64,000 bases of DNA, from the NCBI GenBank assembly GCA_031411295.1, contig JANOAV010000048.1, forward strand, positions 1 to 64,000, read 5' to 3'. The stretch's first letter is position 1. The number at the start of each line of letters is the position of its first letter. Source of the DNA: Verrucomicrobiales bacterium (GTDB lineage: Bacteria; Verrucomicrobiota; Verrucomicrobiia; Verrucomicrobiales; V1-33). Shown in pieces: positions 43,590-54,165 of this stretch. The translations under genes and the position numbers were made by a program. The notes under the pieces were generated by a model that searched no databases, had not been told where the DNA came from, and worked only from the letters and a program-made list of their open reading frames with translations.

Positions 43590-44270
43590 TTACTGTAGGC
43601 GATCCAACAAAAGGGCTTTTTTGGTTTCGTATTCTTCGTCGCTCAACAGACCTTTGTGCTTTAAGTTGAGCAGCTCCTGGAGGGAAGTGGCCACCTCTTG
43701 GGAGGCTTTGTGGCTGGAGAGACCATTTTTTACTTCTTGCACGAACTGTTTACCCTTGGTGAGCAAGTCCTGATAGAGCCCCTTGGCTTTATCGACTGGC
43801 ACGTTGAGGAAATTTCCATCGGACTTGAAATGATTGATCGCCACCTGACAAACGGCGTAGGTGGAGGCCCCGGACATGGCTGACATGCTGAGCCCGCCGA
43901 TCATGGAGCCTAAGCCGGGAATGGCCTTAACGGCACTTGCGCCCACGCGGGCCAGCGCCCCGCCAGACAGGGCTGCGACGAAACGTTTGCCCTGATCATC
44001 GGAGTAATTAACCCCATAGAGGGTGGCCAACTGTTTGAGGGCATCCATTTGCACGGCGGTGACGGCCGCGATATCCGCCACTGGAACCGGAATCAGTCCG
44101 GCACTCAGAGACCACAGCACGTGGTTCTGCACGATTTTGGCGGCGGCGGCATCCCGGGGGTCAATCGGAGCACACGTGGCCACTTCATCCACGATTTCCA
44201 AAGGAATCGCCAAGGATGTGGTGGGTTGATTGGACTCGGGTGCGGATTCTGGATTTTCGGAAGGATTCAT
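43590..44270 (-). CDS. DUF697-domain protein with a C-terminal SHOCT motif
   Basis: GLIPVPVAD...VQ, GASTYA; LKHKGLLSDEEYETKKALLL. Confidence 0.82.
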   Translation of the reverse strand: MNPSENPESAPESNQPTTSLAIPLEIVDEVATCAPIDPRDAAAAKIVQNHVLWSLSAGLIPVPVADIAAVTAVQMDALKQLATLYGVNYSDDQGKRFVAALSGGALARVGASAVKAIPGLGSMIGGLSMSAMSGASTYAVCQVAINHFKSDGNFLNVPVDKAKGLYQDLLTKGKQFVQEVKNGLSSHKASQEVATSLQELLNLKHKGLLSDEEYETKKALLLDRLQ

Positions 44271-44402
44271 GAGCTACGGGTGGTTTAGTGGAATAGGAAA
44301 TAGAATTGAACAGAGTATCCAACCATTTCAGCTGAGGAATGTCGATTACAATTAGGGGCATTGTTTCCTGCGAAGCCAGAAGCGGGGGATCAACACCGAC
44401 CC

Positions 44403-44438
44403 AAAAAAAGACCACGCTGGAAACCCAGCGTGGTCTTT
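44403..44438 (-). terminator. Intrinsic terminator
   Basis: AAAGACCACGCTGG-AAAC-CCAGCGTGGTCTTT with a minus-strand U-run, after the beta-barrel gene. Confidence 0.88.
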
Positions 44439-44478
44439 CGAGAATTATTGAATTGCGAAGGGATCCCTCGCAGCTCGA

Positions 44479-45009
44479 CTAGAAGTTCATGCGAACGCCA
44501 GCGCGAACGACGGTATAATCGTCGGATTCGTCAGCCCAAGTGTAGCGAGCGTCAGCAAAGATGCCGAAGCAATCCTTGATGCGGACGTCGATACCGCCAC
44601 CTGCGTGAAGCGTTCCTTCGGTCACACCATTGGTGTGGAGACCGCCGCCAACGAGGGCGTAAGGAGCGAGACAAGCGCTGGTGATTGGGAAGCGGAGCAC
44701 GAGGCTGCCGTTGAAGGTGTGGATGGTGCTGTCAGCGAAGCCCCAAGTCGCATCGGCCTCAACACCCAGATTCTGGGTGAAGAAGTAGTCAGCGGCCAGA
44801 CCTGCGCCGAGAGTGTCATCAATGTCGTTGGCGCCCAAGAAGGCGGCAGCGTAGAGGCTGAATTGGCCACCGGGCTCAAAGCAGTTACAGGTAGGTGCTG
44901 GGGGTGCAGGAACGATGCCTTTGCCCATAGGAGCCTTGCCTGCTGGACCAGCGAAGCTGAATCCGGCTAGAGCGACGGTTGCGAGTAGTGTGGTGGTTGC
45001 TTTTTTCAT
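44479..45009 (-). CDS. Small outer-membrane beta-barrel protein
   Basis: Signal peptide, alternating beta strands (APYALVGGG, FADARYTW), terminal Phe. Confidence 0.85.
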   Translation of the reverse strand: MKKATTTLLATVALAGFSFAGPAGKAPMGKGIVPAPPAPTCNCFEPGGQFSLYAAAFLGANDIDDTLGAGLAADYFFTQNLGVEADATWGFADSTIHTFNGSLVLRFPITSACLAPYALVGGGLHTNGVTEGTLHAGGGIDVRIKDCFGIFADARYTWADESDDYTVVRAGVRMNF

Positions 45010-45156
45010 AGGTAAAAATAGAAATGAAGTTTCATCTATAAATGACTCCGGGAAATAATCAAGTGAAAATCTCTTTTATTTGCAAAATAGTTCGCAAAAT
45101 CCGTAATTCCTGCGAATTCAGGGATCGTCAGCAGTGCCACAGGCTTCACCTTGAGG

Positions 45157-45378
45157 TTATTTCAAAAACCCACCCAGTAAATCTTTGGCTTTGCCGAGGA
45201 GGTCAGCCGCATCGCCACCTTCGCCCTCGCCACCGGCCTGCAGTGTGCTGTCGATGAGCCCGTGCATACTGTCAGGGAGCTTGCCTTTGATGAATTCGAG
45301 AACCGCGCTGATGGCGCCTTCGGCTTGTGCTGGATCAATCCCGAGTTTCGACATGATTTGGTTTTTAAGTTCTTCCAT
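45157..45378 (-). CDS. Small conserved hypothetical protein (DUF2267/DUF2780-like)
   Basis: MEELKNQIMSKLGIDPAQAEGAISAVLEFIKGKLP...LGGFLK. Confidence 0.7.
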   Translation of the reverse strand: MEELKNQIMSKLGIDPAQAEGAISAVLEFIKGKLPDSMHGLIDSTLQAGGEGEGGDAADLLGKAKDLLGGFLK

Positions 45379-45512
45379 GGTATTTCTTGTTAGTTTTGGT
45401 TTCTTAATCAAATCGGCGGAATGCCAATCGTGACCACCCAGTATGCCGAAAACGGACTCCTATAACAAGTTAATTCTGATGTCCCGGAGGCAATTACCTT
45501 CCCACGGCCCGC

Positions 45513-45977
45513 TCAAGGCGGCGGCATGCCCTCGATCAACAGCTGCATTTCTCGTAATTGCATCCATAAGGCGACAGATCCTGTGAGGCCTGATCCGATC
45601 AGTGTGCCCGTCAGCCACCAACGGCTGGTGGAGGATTTCCCGACCACCAACATCGAGATGCCAGCCAAGGCCGCTTGGGCATAAAACATCCATTGGTTTT
45701 GTTGGCGAGTCCGCTTGGTCTTCTGAACTGCCGCCGCCCGCGCAATGGCGACTGGGGGAGGGGACTGGCGGAAATGTTCTGCCGGAATGATCATGAGCGC
45801 GCCGAGCAGGCAAGTCGCCAGACTAAGAAAGATGGCCTTAGAGTCCTTCAGGATTACCACCGCAATCAGAAGACTGATCATGCCAAAGTAAGCGAGCCAG
45901 ACCAATCCCCAATTGCAGAGGGGGCCCAGGTAGGCGGGCTCGCTCAGATAAAATTTTAGATCATGCAGCAGCGTCAT
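45513..45977 (-). CDS. Hypothetical membrane protein
   Basis: Several TM segments; directly downstream of ruvB. Confidence 0.65.
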   Translation of the reverse strand: MTLLHDLKFYLSEPAYLGPLCNWGLVWLAYFGMISLLIAVVILKDSKAIFLSLATCLLGALMIIPAEHFRQSPPPVAIARAAAVQKTKRTRQQNQWMFYAQAALAGISMLVVGKSSTSRWWLTGTLIGSGLTGSVALWMQLREMQLLIEGMPPP

Positions 45978-45990
45978 GTGCCAGCGGGGC

Positions 45991-47052
45991 TTAGAAAAGT
46001 TCCGGTTGGGAGACCGGCAGCGGTAAGGCGTCAGGCAGAGTTGTTGGAACTGGAGCGCCCACCTTAATGTAGGCGGCGGGCATCGCAACCCTTCCCCGGG
46101 GAGTGCGTTTGAGAAAACCCTGCATCACCAAATACGGCTCATGAACTTCCTCAACCGTGGTGGGGTCTTCCGCCACCGCCACGGCAATGGTGTTCAAACC
46201 CACCGGCCCGCCCCCGAACTTGAAAATCAAGGCTTCGAGGATGCGTTTGTCCATTTCATCCAGCCCGTCGGCATCGATATCGATCATGCTCAAAGCTGCG
46301 TCAGCCACGATTTTGGTAATTCGATTGTCGGCCCGGATTTGGGCATAGTCCCGGACGTGCGCCAGCAACTTGTTGGCCACCCGCGGGGTGCCCCGAGAGC
46401 GGAGGGCGATTTCCATTGCCCCGTCCGGTTCGATCGCGATATCCAACAATCCAGCCGAGCGCTCGATGATGGCCTTGAGATCTGGTGGTTCATAGTAATT
46501 GAGGCGACAGGTAATGCCCATTCGAGTGCGGAGCGGAGCTGTCAGCATCCCCGAGCGAGTCGTCGCCCCCACGAGGGTAAACCGATTGAGCGTCAGTGGG
46601 ATACTGCGGGCATTGGGACCGGAATCGATCATGATATCGACTTTAAAATCCTCCATTGCGGGATAGAGATATTCCTCAATTTTCGGATGCATCCGGTGGA
46701 TCTCATCGATAAAGAGCACATCCCCGTGCTGCAAGTTCGTCAAGACCCCGGTAAGGTCACCGGGACGTTCGATCTGAGGACCGCTCAGGCAGTGGATTTG
46801 GGAGCCGATGGTAGCCACGATGATATGGGCCAAGCTCGTTTTCCCCAGTCCTGGAGGCCCGCTCAACAAAACGTGATCCAGCACATCCCCACGTTGTTTG
46901 GCTGCCTGGACCCGCATCGTGAGCAGCTCCACCACCCGGCCCTGACCTTGGAATTCGCTGAAGACGGGAGGCCGCAAAGAGACATCGAAGGCCGAGGGAG
47001 GTGCGTCCACGGTTTCGTGGTAGAAATTTTTCTGTAGCGGCTGTTGGTCCAT
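45991..47052 (-). CDS. ruvB: Holliday junction branch migration helicase RuvB
   Basis: [45 protein letters not shown]. Confidence 0.97.
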   Translation of the reverse strand: MDQQPLQKNFYHETVDAPPSAFDVSLRPPVFSEFQGQGRVVELLTMRVQAAKQRGDVLDHVLLSGPPGLGKTSLAHIIVATIGSQIHCLSGPQIERPGDLTGVLTNLQHGDVLFIDEIHRMHPKIEEYLYPAMEDFKVDIMIDSGPNARSIPLTLNRFTLVGATTRSGMLTAPLRTRMGITCRLNYYEPPDLKAIIERSAGLLDIAIEPDGAMEIALRSRGTPRVANKLLAHVRDYAQIRADNRITKIVADAALSMIDIDADGLDEMDKRILEALIFKFGGGPVGLNTIAVAVAEDPTTVEEVHEPYLVMQGFLKRTPRGRVAMPAAYIKVGAPVPTTLPDALPLPVSQPELF

Positions 47053-47318
47053 AAGCATGAGGGAATCCGGGCGGCCCCTGACACCAGAGGCAACGGGGGT
47101 TCTTAAGCCCAATCTCCGCCTTTGTCGATGCCCTCTTGCGCAAGAAATTACGGAAACAGTAATTATCTACCAATTCTGCGGAGGCATTCAGAGTTTTTTT
47201 TCTAAAACTGGTTTTTCTTCTAGACTTCCACTAGATTTTCCCATAACCTCAGTGAGGTTGGAGTATTATTTTACTTCCGCCAACCCACCCAACTACTTTC
47301 CTTAAAGCGAAAAATTTT

Positions 47319-47888
47319 ATGATCAACCGCTCCTTAACCAAACTCGCTCTGGCGCTGGCCGCTGGTGCATTCGTGTCCGTGGCGCAAGCCAAGCCAACCC
47401 TCAAGGAAGTGACAGATGCTACTGAAGCAGCTGCCGCCAAAGCCCCTGACCAAGCTGCTTCCATCGTAGAAGAGAAAGTCAAGGAAACTCCCGAGTATGC
47501 CTGCCCCATCATCAAGGCCGCCGTCAAAGGTGCCAAGCTCCAAAAAGAAGACGAAACTGATCTGGTTGCGGCTGCTTTGAAGGCTGCTCCTGAGAAGGCC
47601 CCAGAAATCCGCGCCTGCTTAGGCAATGGCAAAGTGGCTGGCGGCAAAAATCCCGTTGTTAAAGAGGAGCCTGCCGGCAAAGGTCCTGTCACTGGACCGA
47701 CCACTGGACCAACCGATGGCGCAGACTATGACAACTGGAATCAATATCCAGGCGTGGTTGGAACCTACCTCTCCTCCCCTGCTAACGGCAGCGGCACCCC
47801 CACTGACAAGACAGAAGTTATAGTGGTGACTGAAGTCGAGGAAGTGATTGTGCGAAAAGTCGTTTCTCGTCCAGCTTCCCGTAGCTAG
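47319..47888 (+). CDS. Hypothetical secreted Ala/Lys-rich protein
   Basis: Signal peptide; strongly biased codon usage; followed by a terminator. Confidence 0.8.
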   Translation: MINRSLTKLALALAAGAFVSVAQAKPTLKEVTDATEAAAAKAPDQAASIVEEKVKETPEYACPIIKAAVKGAKLQKEDETDLVAAALKAAPEKAPEIRACLGNGKVAGGKNPVVKEEPAGKGPVTGPTTGPTDGADYDNWNQYPGVVGTYLSSPANGSGTPTDKTEVIVVTEVEEVIVRKVVSRPASRS

Positions 47889-47908
47889 TCTGCTCATTCC
47901 TAATTTAG

Positions 47909-47942
47909 AAAACCCTCGCAGATCAGTCTGCGAGGGTTTTTT
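47909..47942 (+). terminator. Intrinsic (possibly bidirectional) terminator
   Basis: AAAACCCTCGCAGA-TCAG-TCTGCGAGGGTTTTTT. Confidence 0.9.
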
Positions 47943-48134
47943 GTTTCCCATTTGAGCACGAGTGTGGAAGCAGTCCGCTGCACTGCTCGGACCATTTCCA
48001 TTTGAGAGACGGTGGATAGAAGTGCCGACTTCCTCATAGCAGTAACAAGCCAACTTGTGCCATGGATCGGCGTTCTCGCAGGCTAGCATCGAAGCGATGG
48101 ACCAGTCTCCAGCGAACTGCTGTTGACACACTCG

Positions 48135-48731
48135 CTAAAGATTGCGGGCGGCCAGCATGCGTTCCAAATATTTCGCCAGCATATCAAATTCCACATTCAC
48201 TCGATCCCCCGCTTTCATGGCGCTGAGGGTGGTCACTTGGTGGGTGTGGGGGGTGATCCAGACGGTGAACTGGTCCTCCTTCAGTTCAGCTACCGTGAGA
48301 CTCATGCCGTCCAGACAAATGGAGCCCTTGGTCACCAGCAGGTTCTTGCCGCCCGTGGGCAAACGCAGGGTGAATTCGTGGTCTTGGCCAAGTGCGGCAT
48401 ATCGCAACACTTCTGTGGTAGTGTCCACGTGACCTTGCACGAAGTGTCCGCTGAACCGAGTGTCCGCTCGCATGGCGCGTTCCAAGTTGACCAAGCGCCC
48501 AGCGGTTAGATTTCCCAGATTGGTGAGCCGCAAGGTCTCCCCCAGCAGATCAAAGCCACAGCGGCCGTCGCCAAAGGAGACAACGGTAAGGCAGCACCCG
48601 TTGACGGCAACGCTTTCACCAAGGGTAAGTTCATCGGCAAAGGGAACTTGCTCCAAAACCAAGCGGCCGCCTTGCGGATGTAGTGCCAGGTTGGCGACGG
48701 TGGCCGTGGTTTCGACAATGCCAGTAAACAT
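48135..48731 (-). CDS. ribE: Riboflavin synthase (alpha chain)
   Basis: MFTGIVE, GESVAVNGCCLTV, VNLERA, GHFVQGHVD, KGSICLDGMSLTV. Confidence 0.96.
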   Translation of the reverse strand: MFTGIVETTATVANLALHPQGGRLVLEQVPFADELTLGESVAVNGCCLTVVSFGDGRCGFDLLGETLRLTNLGNLTAGRLVNLERAMRADTRFSGHFVQGHVDTTTEVLRYAALGQDHEFTLRLPTGGKNLLVTKGSICLDGMSLTVAELKEDQFTVWITPHTHQVTTLSAMKAGDRVNVEFDMLAKYLERMLAARNL

Positions 48732-48737
48732 AAAATT

Positions 48738-49145
48738 TTACGGGGCCGAGAGTGGGTTGGTTCCGTTCGGGAGGAACGGGGTGACGAAGGCGGAATGGAA
48801 ATCGAACCCATTTTCGAAATCCTCGATCCGGTCATCATTGCTTTGGGAGAAGACGCCTTGGGCGATTAAATGGAAGACGATTTCCCCCACATGGCGAGTC
48901 GAGGTGATGCCCCAACTGTCCAAAATGGTTGGGACCATGGGCCCGTATTCCTTAAGCAGGTAGGTGCGGAATCCTTCCAGCAATTGCGGCCCGCGCAGAT
49001 GCATGGGCTCTCCCCGGTGTTCGCGGGCGTGGTGTTCCAGCGTGTGATTGAGTGCATCCCGCACCAAGGCAAACGCTTCCGGTGCGAAGCGTTGATCCTG
49101 TTCAAGAATAGCCGCTACAGCGCGGTCGAATTCGGGTTTGGGCAT
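48738..49145 (-). CDS. Minf_1886 family protein
   Basis: RFAPEAFALVRDAL...H..GPQLLEGFR...YGPM...WGI...VGEIVFHLI...DRIEDF. Confidence 0.85.
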   Translation of the reverse strand: MPKPEFDRAVAAILEQDQRFAPEAFALVRDALNHTLEHHAREHRGEPMHLRGPQLLEGFRTYLLKEYGPMVPTILDSWGITSTRHVGEIVFHLIAQGVFSQSNDDRIEDFENGFDFHSAFVTPFLPNGTNPLSAP

Positions 49146-49155
49146 GGAGTGGAAA

Positions 49156-49290
49156 TTAAGGTTGAGGATCGCCTAAGGCTGGCAGCGGTTGCGGGACCGT
49201 GAGGCCCTCCCGCCGACACTCTCTTACCAAGGCACCAACTGCAAAAATCGCAAGCAGGGCCAGCAAGAGTTTCTTTTCGTGGGGGGTCAT
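49156..49290 (-). CDS. Small membrane protein (44 aa)
   Basis: MTPHEKK followed by a TM helix; upstream of Minf_1886 on the same strand. Confidence 0.5.
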   Translation of the reverse strand: MTPHEKKLLLALLAIFAVGALVRECRREGLTVPQPLPALGDPQP

Positions 49291-49363
49291 GATCGTAAGC
49301 TGGAATAGGCAGGCAGGAAATACCGCTTCCGTCGCTGTTAAAATGTCGTAAGCTGCATCCGCC

Positions 49364-50041
49364 ATGTTTGTCAAATCCCTATCCTCTCTCCTCGCCCTCA
49401 TTCATCTCGCCTCGGCTGCCTCTGTGCAGATCGAGGAAGGCACCTCCGCTCCAAAGCCTGAGGTCACAGCAGATCTGAAGGAGTCAGATTTGCTCGGCAC
49501 CTACGTGCAGGCAGGGACGGGCGGCATCCTCGAGTTCAAACCAGACGGAAAACTCGGCGGATGGCCCGTCAAGGGCGCTTACAAAATTGTGGGACCGCAT
49601 CGGGTGGAACTAACGGAAACGATTAAAGGCAAAGAGGAGCGCATCCCCGTGGAGCTGTTCCCGCAGAAAGAAGGGCTCATCATGGTGCGCAATGTGCAGG
49701 GAGAAAATGAGACCATTCCACTGCATCGACTCATTCCCACCACGCTGGATGCCAAGGCTTGGGCGGGGCCCTGCATGATTCACGTGCTGGTCTCCGGTGC
49801 TAAAACCGCCACCAAGCGTGAAGCCACCTTGAAGGAAGACGGCTATCTGCGCACCCCTGAAGGCGGCTACTGGCTGCGCCTGCTGGCTTCGAAAGACGGG
49901 AAACAAACCATGGGGTTCACCTCCGATCTGGAGGATGAAACGCTGGCCATTTATCTCTTCAAGGTGGGTCCGCTCCTGGTGCTCTTTGATTCGCTGGAGA
50001 AACCAAAGCTGCTGGCGATGATTCAGTTGAGCACGAAGTAG
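49364..50041 (+). CDS. Hypothetical secreted protein
   Basis: Signal peptide; coding-like composition. Confidence 0.75.
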   Translation: MFVKSLSSLLALIHLASAASVQIEEGTSAPKPEVTADLKESDLLGTYVQAGTGGILEFKPDGKLGGWPVKGAYKIVGPHRVELTETIKGKEERIPVELFPQKEGLIMVRNVQGENETIPLHRLIPTTLDAKAWAGPCMIHVLVSGAKTATKREATLKEDGYLRTPEGGYWLRLLASKDGKQTMGFTSDLEDETLAIYLFKVGPLLVLFDSLEKPKLLAMIQLSTK

Positions 50042-50047
50042 TTGGCC

Positions 50048-51235
50048 TTAGTCATACAGGAACACGGAGTGGCTCCGCATCCGGAAGTCAGCCTCTTCAC
50101 GGACCCACCCATTCGGCAACTCCGCCCAAGGTTGCCCGGCTTCCAAATGCTTGCGCTCCCGGTCTGAGCCGAAGAGCAGGTCGATTGCGATGGGCTCTTT
50201 GACGAATTCATAAACCTCGGTGCGCCATTTGAATTTCTCCCCGGAGAGATCCCTCATGGCAGCCAGCAAAGCCAGACTGCACCGCACGGATTGATAGGCG
50301 TGACGATCCGTGACATGCAACTGCACGCCACCGCAGTCGATTCCGGCATGCTTCTGGAACGTGGGGCGGAACCAGACGGGGCGGAACGTGACGCCCGGGT
50401 GCTTTTCGGCTTGGAGCCGTTTGGCCAGTTTCGTGGCATCGATCCAGGGCGCGCCGCAAATTTCGAACGGCTTGGTGGTGCCGCGTCCTTCACTGAGGTT
50501 CGTGCCCTCGATCAGGCATTGCCCCGGGTAAACGATGGCCGTGTCCTGAGTGGGCATGTTAGGGGAGGGCAACACCCAGGGCAGGCCGGTGGCATCCCAA
50601 TACTGCTCACGCTTCCAACCCTCACAGTGAATAATTTCCAATGAGCCATCCTCCAGATTTAGCTCATGTTGGTAGAGCATGGCCAATTCACCCATGGTCA
50701 GCCCGTGACGGATCGCCAAATCGTGACAGCCCACGAAGCTCTCGTATCCTTTACGCAAGGCTGGTCCCTCGACTTGCTCGCCCCCCAATGGATTAGGACG
50801 ATCCAGCACGATCACTTTGATCCCCAGGGGCAACGCCGCTTGCAGGCAGAAACGCATGGTGGCTTGGAACGTATAGTAACGGCTGCCGACGTCCTGTAGA
50901 TCAATCACCAAGGCATCCAGACCTTTCAATTGTTCCACTTTCGGATGCAGGCTGGCTTCGGTTTCTCCGTAGAGGCTGTAAACTTGCAAGTCGGCGTGGC
51001 GCTTGGATTCCGCATGGGAAACGGAAATCAAATCCTGCGCCTGACCCAGCAGCCCATGTTCCGGCCCGAAGATGGCCGCCAATTTGAAACGACCGGACTG
51101 GGCGAAGAGTTCGATGGCATGGCGCAACTGGCCGTCCACCGCTGCTGGATGTGTCACCAAGCCCACCCGCAATCCCGCCAGGGGCGCAAAATTCTGCGCC
51201 ACGAGGACATCCAAACCAGTTTTGACGAGCGGCAT
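50048..51235 (-). CDS. DUF1343 / exo-beta-N-acetylmuramidase NamZ family
   Basis: FGPEHG, VYSLYG, DLQDVGSRYYT, VLDRPNP, RHGLTMGELA, PSPNMP, SEGRGTTKPFE. Confidence 0.93.
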   Translation of the reverse strand: MPLVKTGLDVLVAQNFAPLAGLRVGLVTHPAAVDGQLRHAIELFAQSGRFKLAAIFGPEHGLLGQAQDLISVSHAESKRHADLQVYSLYGETEASLHPKVEQLKGLDALVIDLQDVGSRYYTFQATMRFCLQAALPLGIKVIVLDRPNPLGGEQVEGPALRKGYESFVGCHDLAIRHGLTMGELAMLYQHELNLEDGSLEIIHCEGWKREQYWDATGLPWVLPSPNMPTQDTAIVYPGQCLIEGTNLSEGRGTTKPFEICGAPWIDATKLAKRLQAEKHPGVTFRPVWFRPTFQKHAGIDCGGVQLHVTDRHAYQSVRCSLALLAAMRDLSGEKFKWRTEVYEFVKEPIAIDLLFGSDRERKHLEAGQPWAELPNGWVREEADFRMRSHSVFLYD

Positions 51236-51279
51236 GTTAGTGAGAGAGGTTGATCTCAGGGATGCTCCCGGTTGGGCAA

Positions 51280-52404
51280 TTACTTCAGTGGAGTATGCAG
51301 CAGGGTGTGCCCAATCGCGGCTGGTTTGAGTTCCAAATGGAGTGTGGGAGTGGCTCCGGCCGGCACTTTAGTCGTCTTCACGATGGGCTCCTTTTCATCA
51401 TCCAACGAGACGTCGAATGCACCGTTCCTCATCCCGACGAGCAATCGTCCTTTGACTTCCTTCTCGGGCAATTCCAAACCCGTGACTAATTGATTCAACA
51501 CCATGGGTTCCTTGAGATCGATCATGAGGAAGAAATTATCGACCGGCAGGCTGAGGGATTTGCGTTCCGTGATGTAAGCACAGGCCATGGGTTCCTTGAA
51601 GACCGGAGCCATATGCTTGGGCGACAACTCGGGGTCCGGTGTGAGTTCCTGGAGCCGCATGTTGCGGAACTCCACCGGGCCGCCTTCGCTTTCGAAGCTG
51701 ATGTAACCCTTGCGGGGAGAGATCCGGTAAAGCGCGGTCACCAAGGCGCCATTGACTTCCTGTTGCAGCGTTCCGTCCACGCAGGTTAGGCGCACGTGGT
51801 TCCACTCGCCCGTGGGCTTGCCCCGATACTCGATGGGCATGGAACGATGGCCGCAGGAATGGGAATTGGCGAAGCGTGGATCAGGAATGGCTGAGGAATC
51901 CGTGCCCGGGAGGGTAAACAAATCACCATGGCTGGTATACCATGAGCCGTTCCCTAAATTACAGACCTGCACCTCATGGCCTTCCGCCGGATACGGGCCA
52001 CCAGCCTTGGGGAAAGGACCGTGGGCGATGAGCAGCCCGGAATTTCCGGAGGTGCCGTTGCCGCCTCCTGCATTGGGGGCCTCCGTCAGGTGCCGCCAGT
52101 CCATTTCCAGAATGTAGTTCTCGTAAGGCAAGAGGGACCGGATCAACCCGGTTGGTCCCCGATCAATATGGAGCACGATTTCACCCGGCTTATCGGGATT
52201 GGGGGCTGTTTTGATAAGTGGGGAATCAATCGCCATGCTCATGCCGGTCCAGTGGTCGGTTAATTTGCCGGCCAGCAAATTCTCCCACTTGCCCGCCGGG
52301 GCCTGGGGCGGGGGAAAGTTACCATCAACGGGTTTATCTTGAGCGTTGAGAACAGTGCAGAGGCAGAAGCTGGCAAGGAAGGCGGATTTCATCATGGCCA
52401 CCAT
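51280..52404 (-). CDS. DUF1080 (3-keto-disaccharide hydrolase-like) domain protein
   Basis: YENYILEMDWR, GNSG, EVQ, GEWN, VNG, GYISFESEGGPVEFRNM. Confidence 0.88.
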   Translation of the reverse strand: MVAMMKSAFLASFCLCTVLNAQDKPVDGNFPPPQAPAGKWENLLAGKLTDHWTGMSMAIDSPLIKTAPNPDKPGEIVLHIDRGPTGLIRSLLPYENYILEMDWRHLTEAPNAGGGNGTSGNSGLLIAHGPFPKAGGPYPAEGHEVQVCNLGNGSWYTSHGDLFTLPGTDSSAIPDPRFANSHSCGHRSMPIEYRGKPTGEWNHVRLTCVDGTLQQEVNGALVTALYRISPRKGYISFESEGGPVEFRNMRLQELTPDPELSPKHMAPVFKEPMACAYITERKSLSLPVDNFFLMIDLKEPMVLNQLVTGLELPEKEVKGRLLVGMRNGAFDVSLDDEKEPIVKTTKVPAGATPTLHLELKPAAIGHTLLHTPLK

Positions 52405-52481
52405 ATAATCTCACCATCAGTTTGTTGCAACGGTGGATGCAATCCGAAACGTGGGCGGCAAGGCCTGCGCGCTTAGCAAGC

Positions 52482-52877
52482 TTATTCCATCCCTCCTGAC
52501 GTCGCCCTCCGCGTGAGCACGCCAAGCCCCAGCAGCGCCAGGGTGACGAAGCCCACGCCGCCCCAGAGGGAGATGGGGGACACGTAATCGGCGTCCGAGG
52601 CTTGGGTCATCACGAGATAGGTCATTTCATCCAGCACCAAGGCGCTGCCGATTCCCAGGGTCATGCGGGAACCTTTGGCGAGCCATAATTTCACAGGACC
52701 AAATGCGAGGACGAAGCCAGCGGCTATCACCAACAAAACTCCAGTGAACAAATGATGCACCAAATACCCGCCCGGATACACATGCTGCACCTTCACTAAA
52801 TGCAGATAGAGCCGAGTGAGGAGAAACGTCCCCAGCATCGGTAGGGCAACCCAGCGCAGTGTTTGCTTGGGATTCAT
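52482..52877 (-). CDS. Hypothetical membrane protein
   Basis: VHHLFTG and GIGSALVLDE motifs, 4 TM segments. Confidence 0.75.
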   Translation of the reverse strand: MNPKQTLRWVALPMLGTFLLTRLYLHLVKVQHVYPGGYLVHHLFTGVLLVIAAGFVLAFGPVKLWLAKGSRMTLGIGSALVLDEMTYLVMTQASDADYVSPISLWGGVGFVTLALLGLGVLTRRATSGGME

Positions 52878-53194
52878 GGGTGCATTTGCGTAGCTGCATT
52901 CGCCAATTCAGCCAGGCGCGCCTCATATTTATCCACGATGCGGTGCAGGCGTTTGAGGCGCAGGCAGGATTTCCACATTCCGCAGATGGCCACCACTAGC
53001 AGGATGCCGTAGCCAACAACGGCCCAGGCCCCATTGCCCGTTTCGAGGTGCTTGAAGACGAACCAGAGCGAAACGAGGACCAGTGCCGCCCGGAAGCAGG
53101 ATCGCAATGCCCGCATAAAGGACCGTTGACGATTGCAGCGGAGCAGGCAGCGCTCGCGCCAAGGGAGATCGATGGAAGGATTGAAGGTCTGCAT
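52874..53194 (-). CDS. Hypothetical 2-TM protein
   Basis: 4-nt overlap with the downstream gene; two hydrophobic segments. Confidence 0.55.
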   Translation of the reverse strand: MQTFNPSIDLPWRERCLLRCNRQRSFMRALRSCFRAALVLVSLWFVFKHLETGNGAWAVVGYGILLVVAICGMWKSCLRLKRLHRIVDKYEARLAELANAATQMHP

Positions 53195-53370
53195 AAGAGT
53201 AGGCTGAGAGCCGAGTTTAAAGTGTGGGGAGAAAGGGATAGGTCAAGCAGGGACTCCCAACCACAGCCTCGGGATGCGCTGTGAATAATCACTCCTAGGC
53301 TTTGACACCGGCCCGGAACGCTGGTCAAATTCAGGGCAAATTCTCTGACTCAAACCCCGGTAAACATTTC

Positions 53371-54165
53371 ATGAAATTAGCAATTCTCGGTTGTGGCAAA
53401 ATGGGCAGCGCGCTGGTCAAGGGCGTCGTGGCTGCAGGTGTGGTGCAGGCTCAGGACGTTGCCCTCAGTGACGTTTACGCGCCCGGGCGCCAGGCCCTAG
53501 CCGCCGAGTTACCCGGCAGCCGGGAATGCGCCAGCAATCTGGAAGCCGCCACCGGGGCGGATCTGGTGTTGCTCTGCGTGAAGCCTTACGATGTGGCGGA
53601 GGTGCTGAAGGAAATTTCCTCAACTCCGCAGGCGACGTTAGTGGTGAGCATTGCCGCCGGCGTGCCCCTGAGCAAACTTGAAGCAGCGGCAGGGAAACAT
53701 CGCGTCATCCGCGTGATGCCGAACACTCCGGCCATGATTGGTCAAGGCGCGGCGGCATTTTCCTTGGGCAGCACGGCTACGGAGGCCGATGCCGCCGCCA
53801 CGAATTCCCTCCTGAGCGCGACCGGCCTGGCCGTGCGGGTGGCGGAGAAATTGCTGGATGCCGTCACGGGGCTTTCCGGTAGTGGTCCCGCTTACGTTTA
53901 CACCGTCATCGAAGCCATGGCGGATGGCGGCCTGCAAATGGGGCTATCCAAAGAACAGGCGATCAAATTAGCCGCGCAAACGGTGGCTGGAGCCGCCGCC
54001 ATGGTCCTGCAAACGGGTCTGCATCCGGCCATCCTGCGGGATCAGGTCACCAGCCCAGGCGGCACCACCATTGCTGGTCTGGCGGCATTGGAGCGCAACG
54101 GGGTCCGCTCGGCGTTTATGGAGGCGGTGCGGGCGGCTACGTTGCGGGCAAAGGAATTGGGTTAG
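53371..54165 (+). CDS. proC: Pyrroline-5-carboxylate reductase
   Basis: LGCGKMG, VSIAAGV, RVMPNTP, TGLSGSGPAY, VTSPGGTTIAG. Confidence 0.97.
   Translation: MKLAILGCGKMGSALVKGVVAAGVVQAQDVALSDVYAPGRQALAAELPGSRECASNLEAATGADLVLLCVKPYDVAEVLKEISSTPQATLVVSIAAGVPLSKLEAAAGKHRVIRVMPNTPAMIGQGAAAFSLGSTATEADAAATNSLLSATGLAVRVAEKLLDAVTGLSGSGPAYVYTVIEAMADGGLQMGLSKEQAIKLAAQTVAGAAAMVLQTGLHPAILRDQVTSPGGTTIAGLAALERNGVRSAFMEAVRAATLRAKELG

Noticed and set aside
46141..47037. Long antisense ORFs (e.g. 298 aa opposite ruvB, 249 aa opposite the sensor kinase)
   Set aside because: Shadow ORFs expected in GC-rich coding DNA, with no recognisable motifs.
47960..48125. Riboswitch or REP downstream of riboflavin synthase
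   Set aside because: It lies 3' of the gene, shows only a weak 6-bp hairpin (AGCAGT/ACTGCT), has no FMN-riboswitch motifs and has no second copy in the window.
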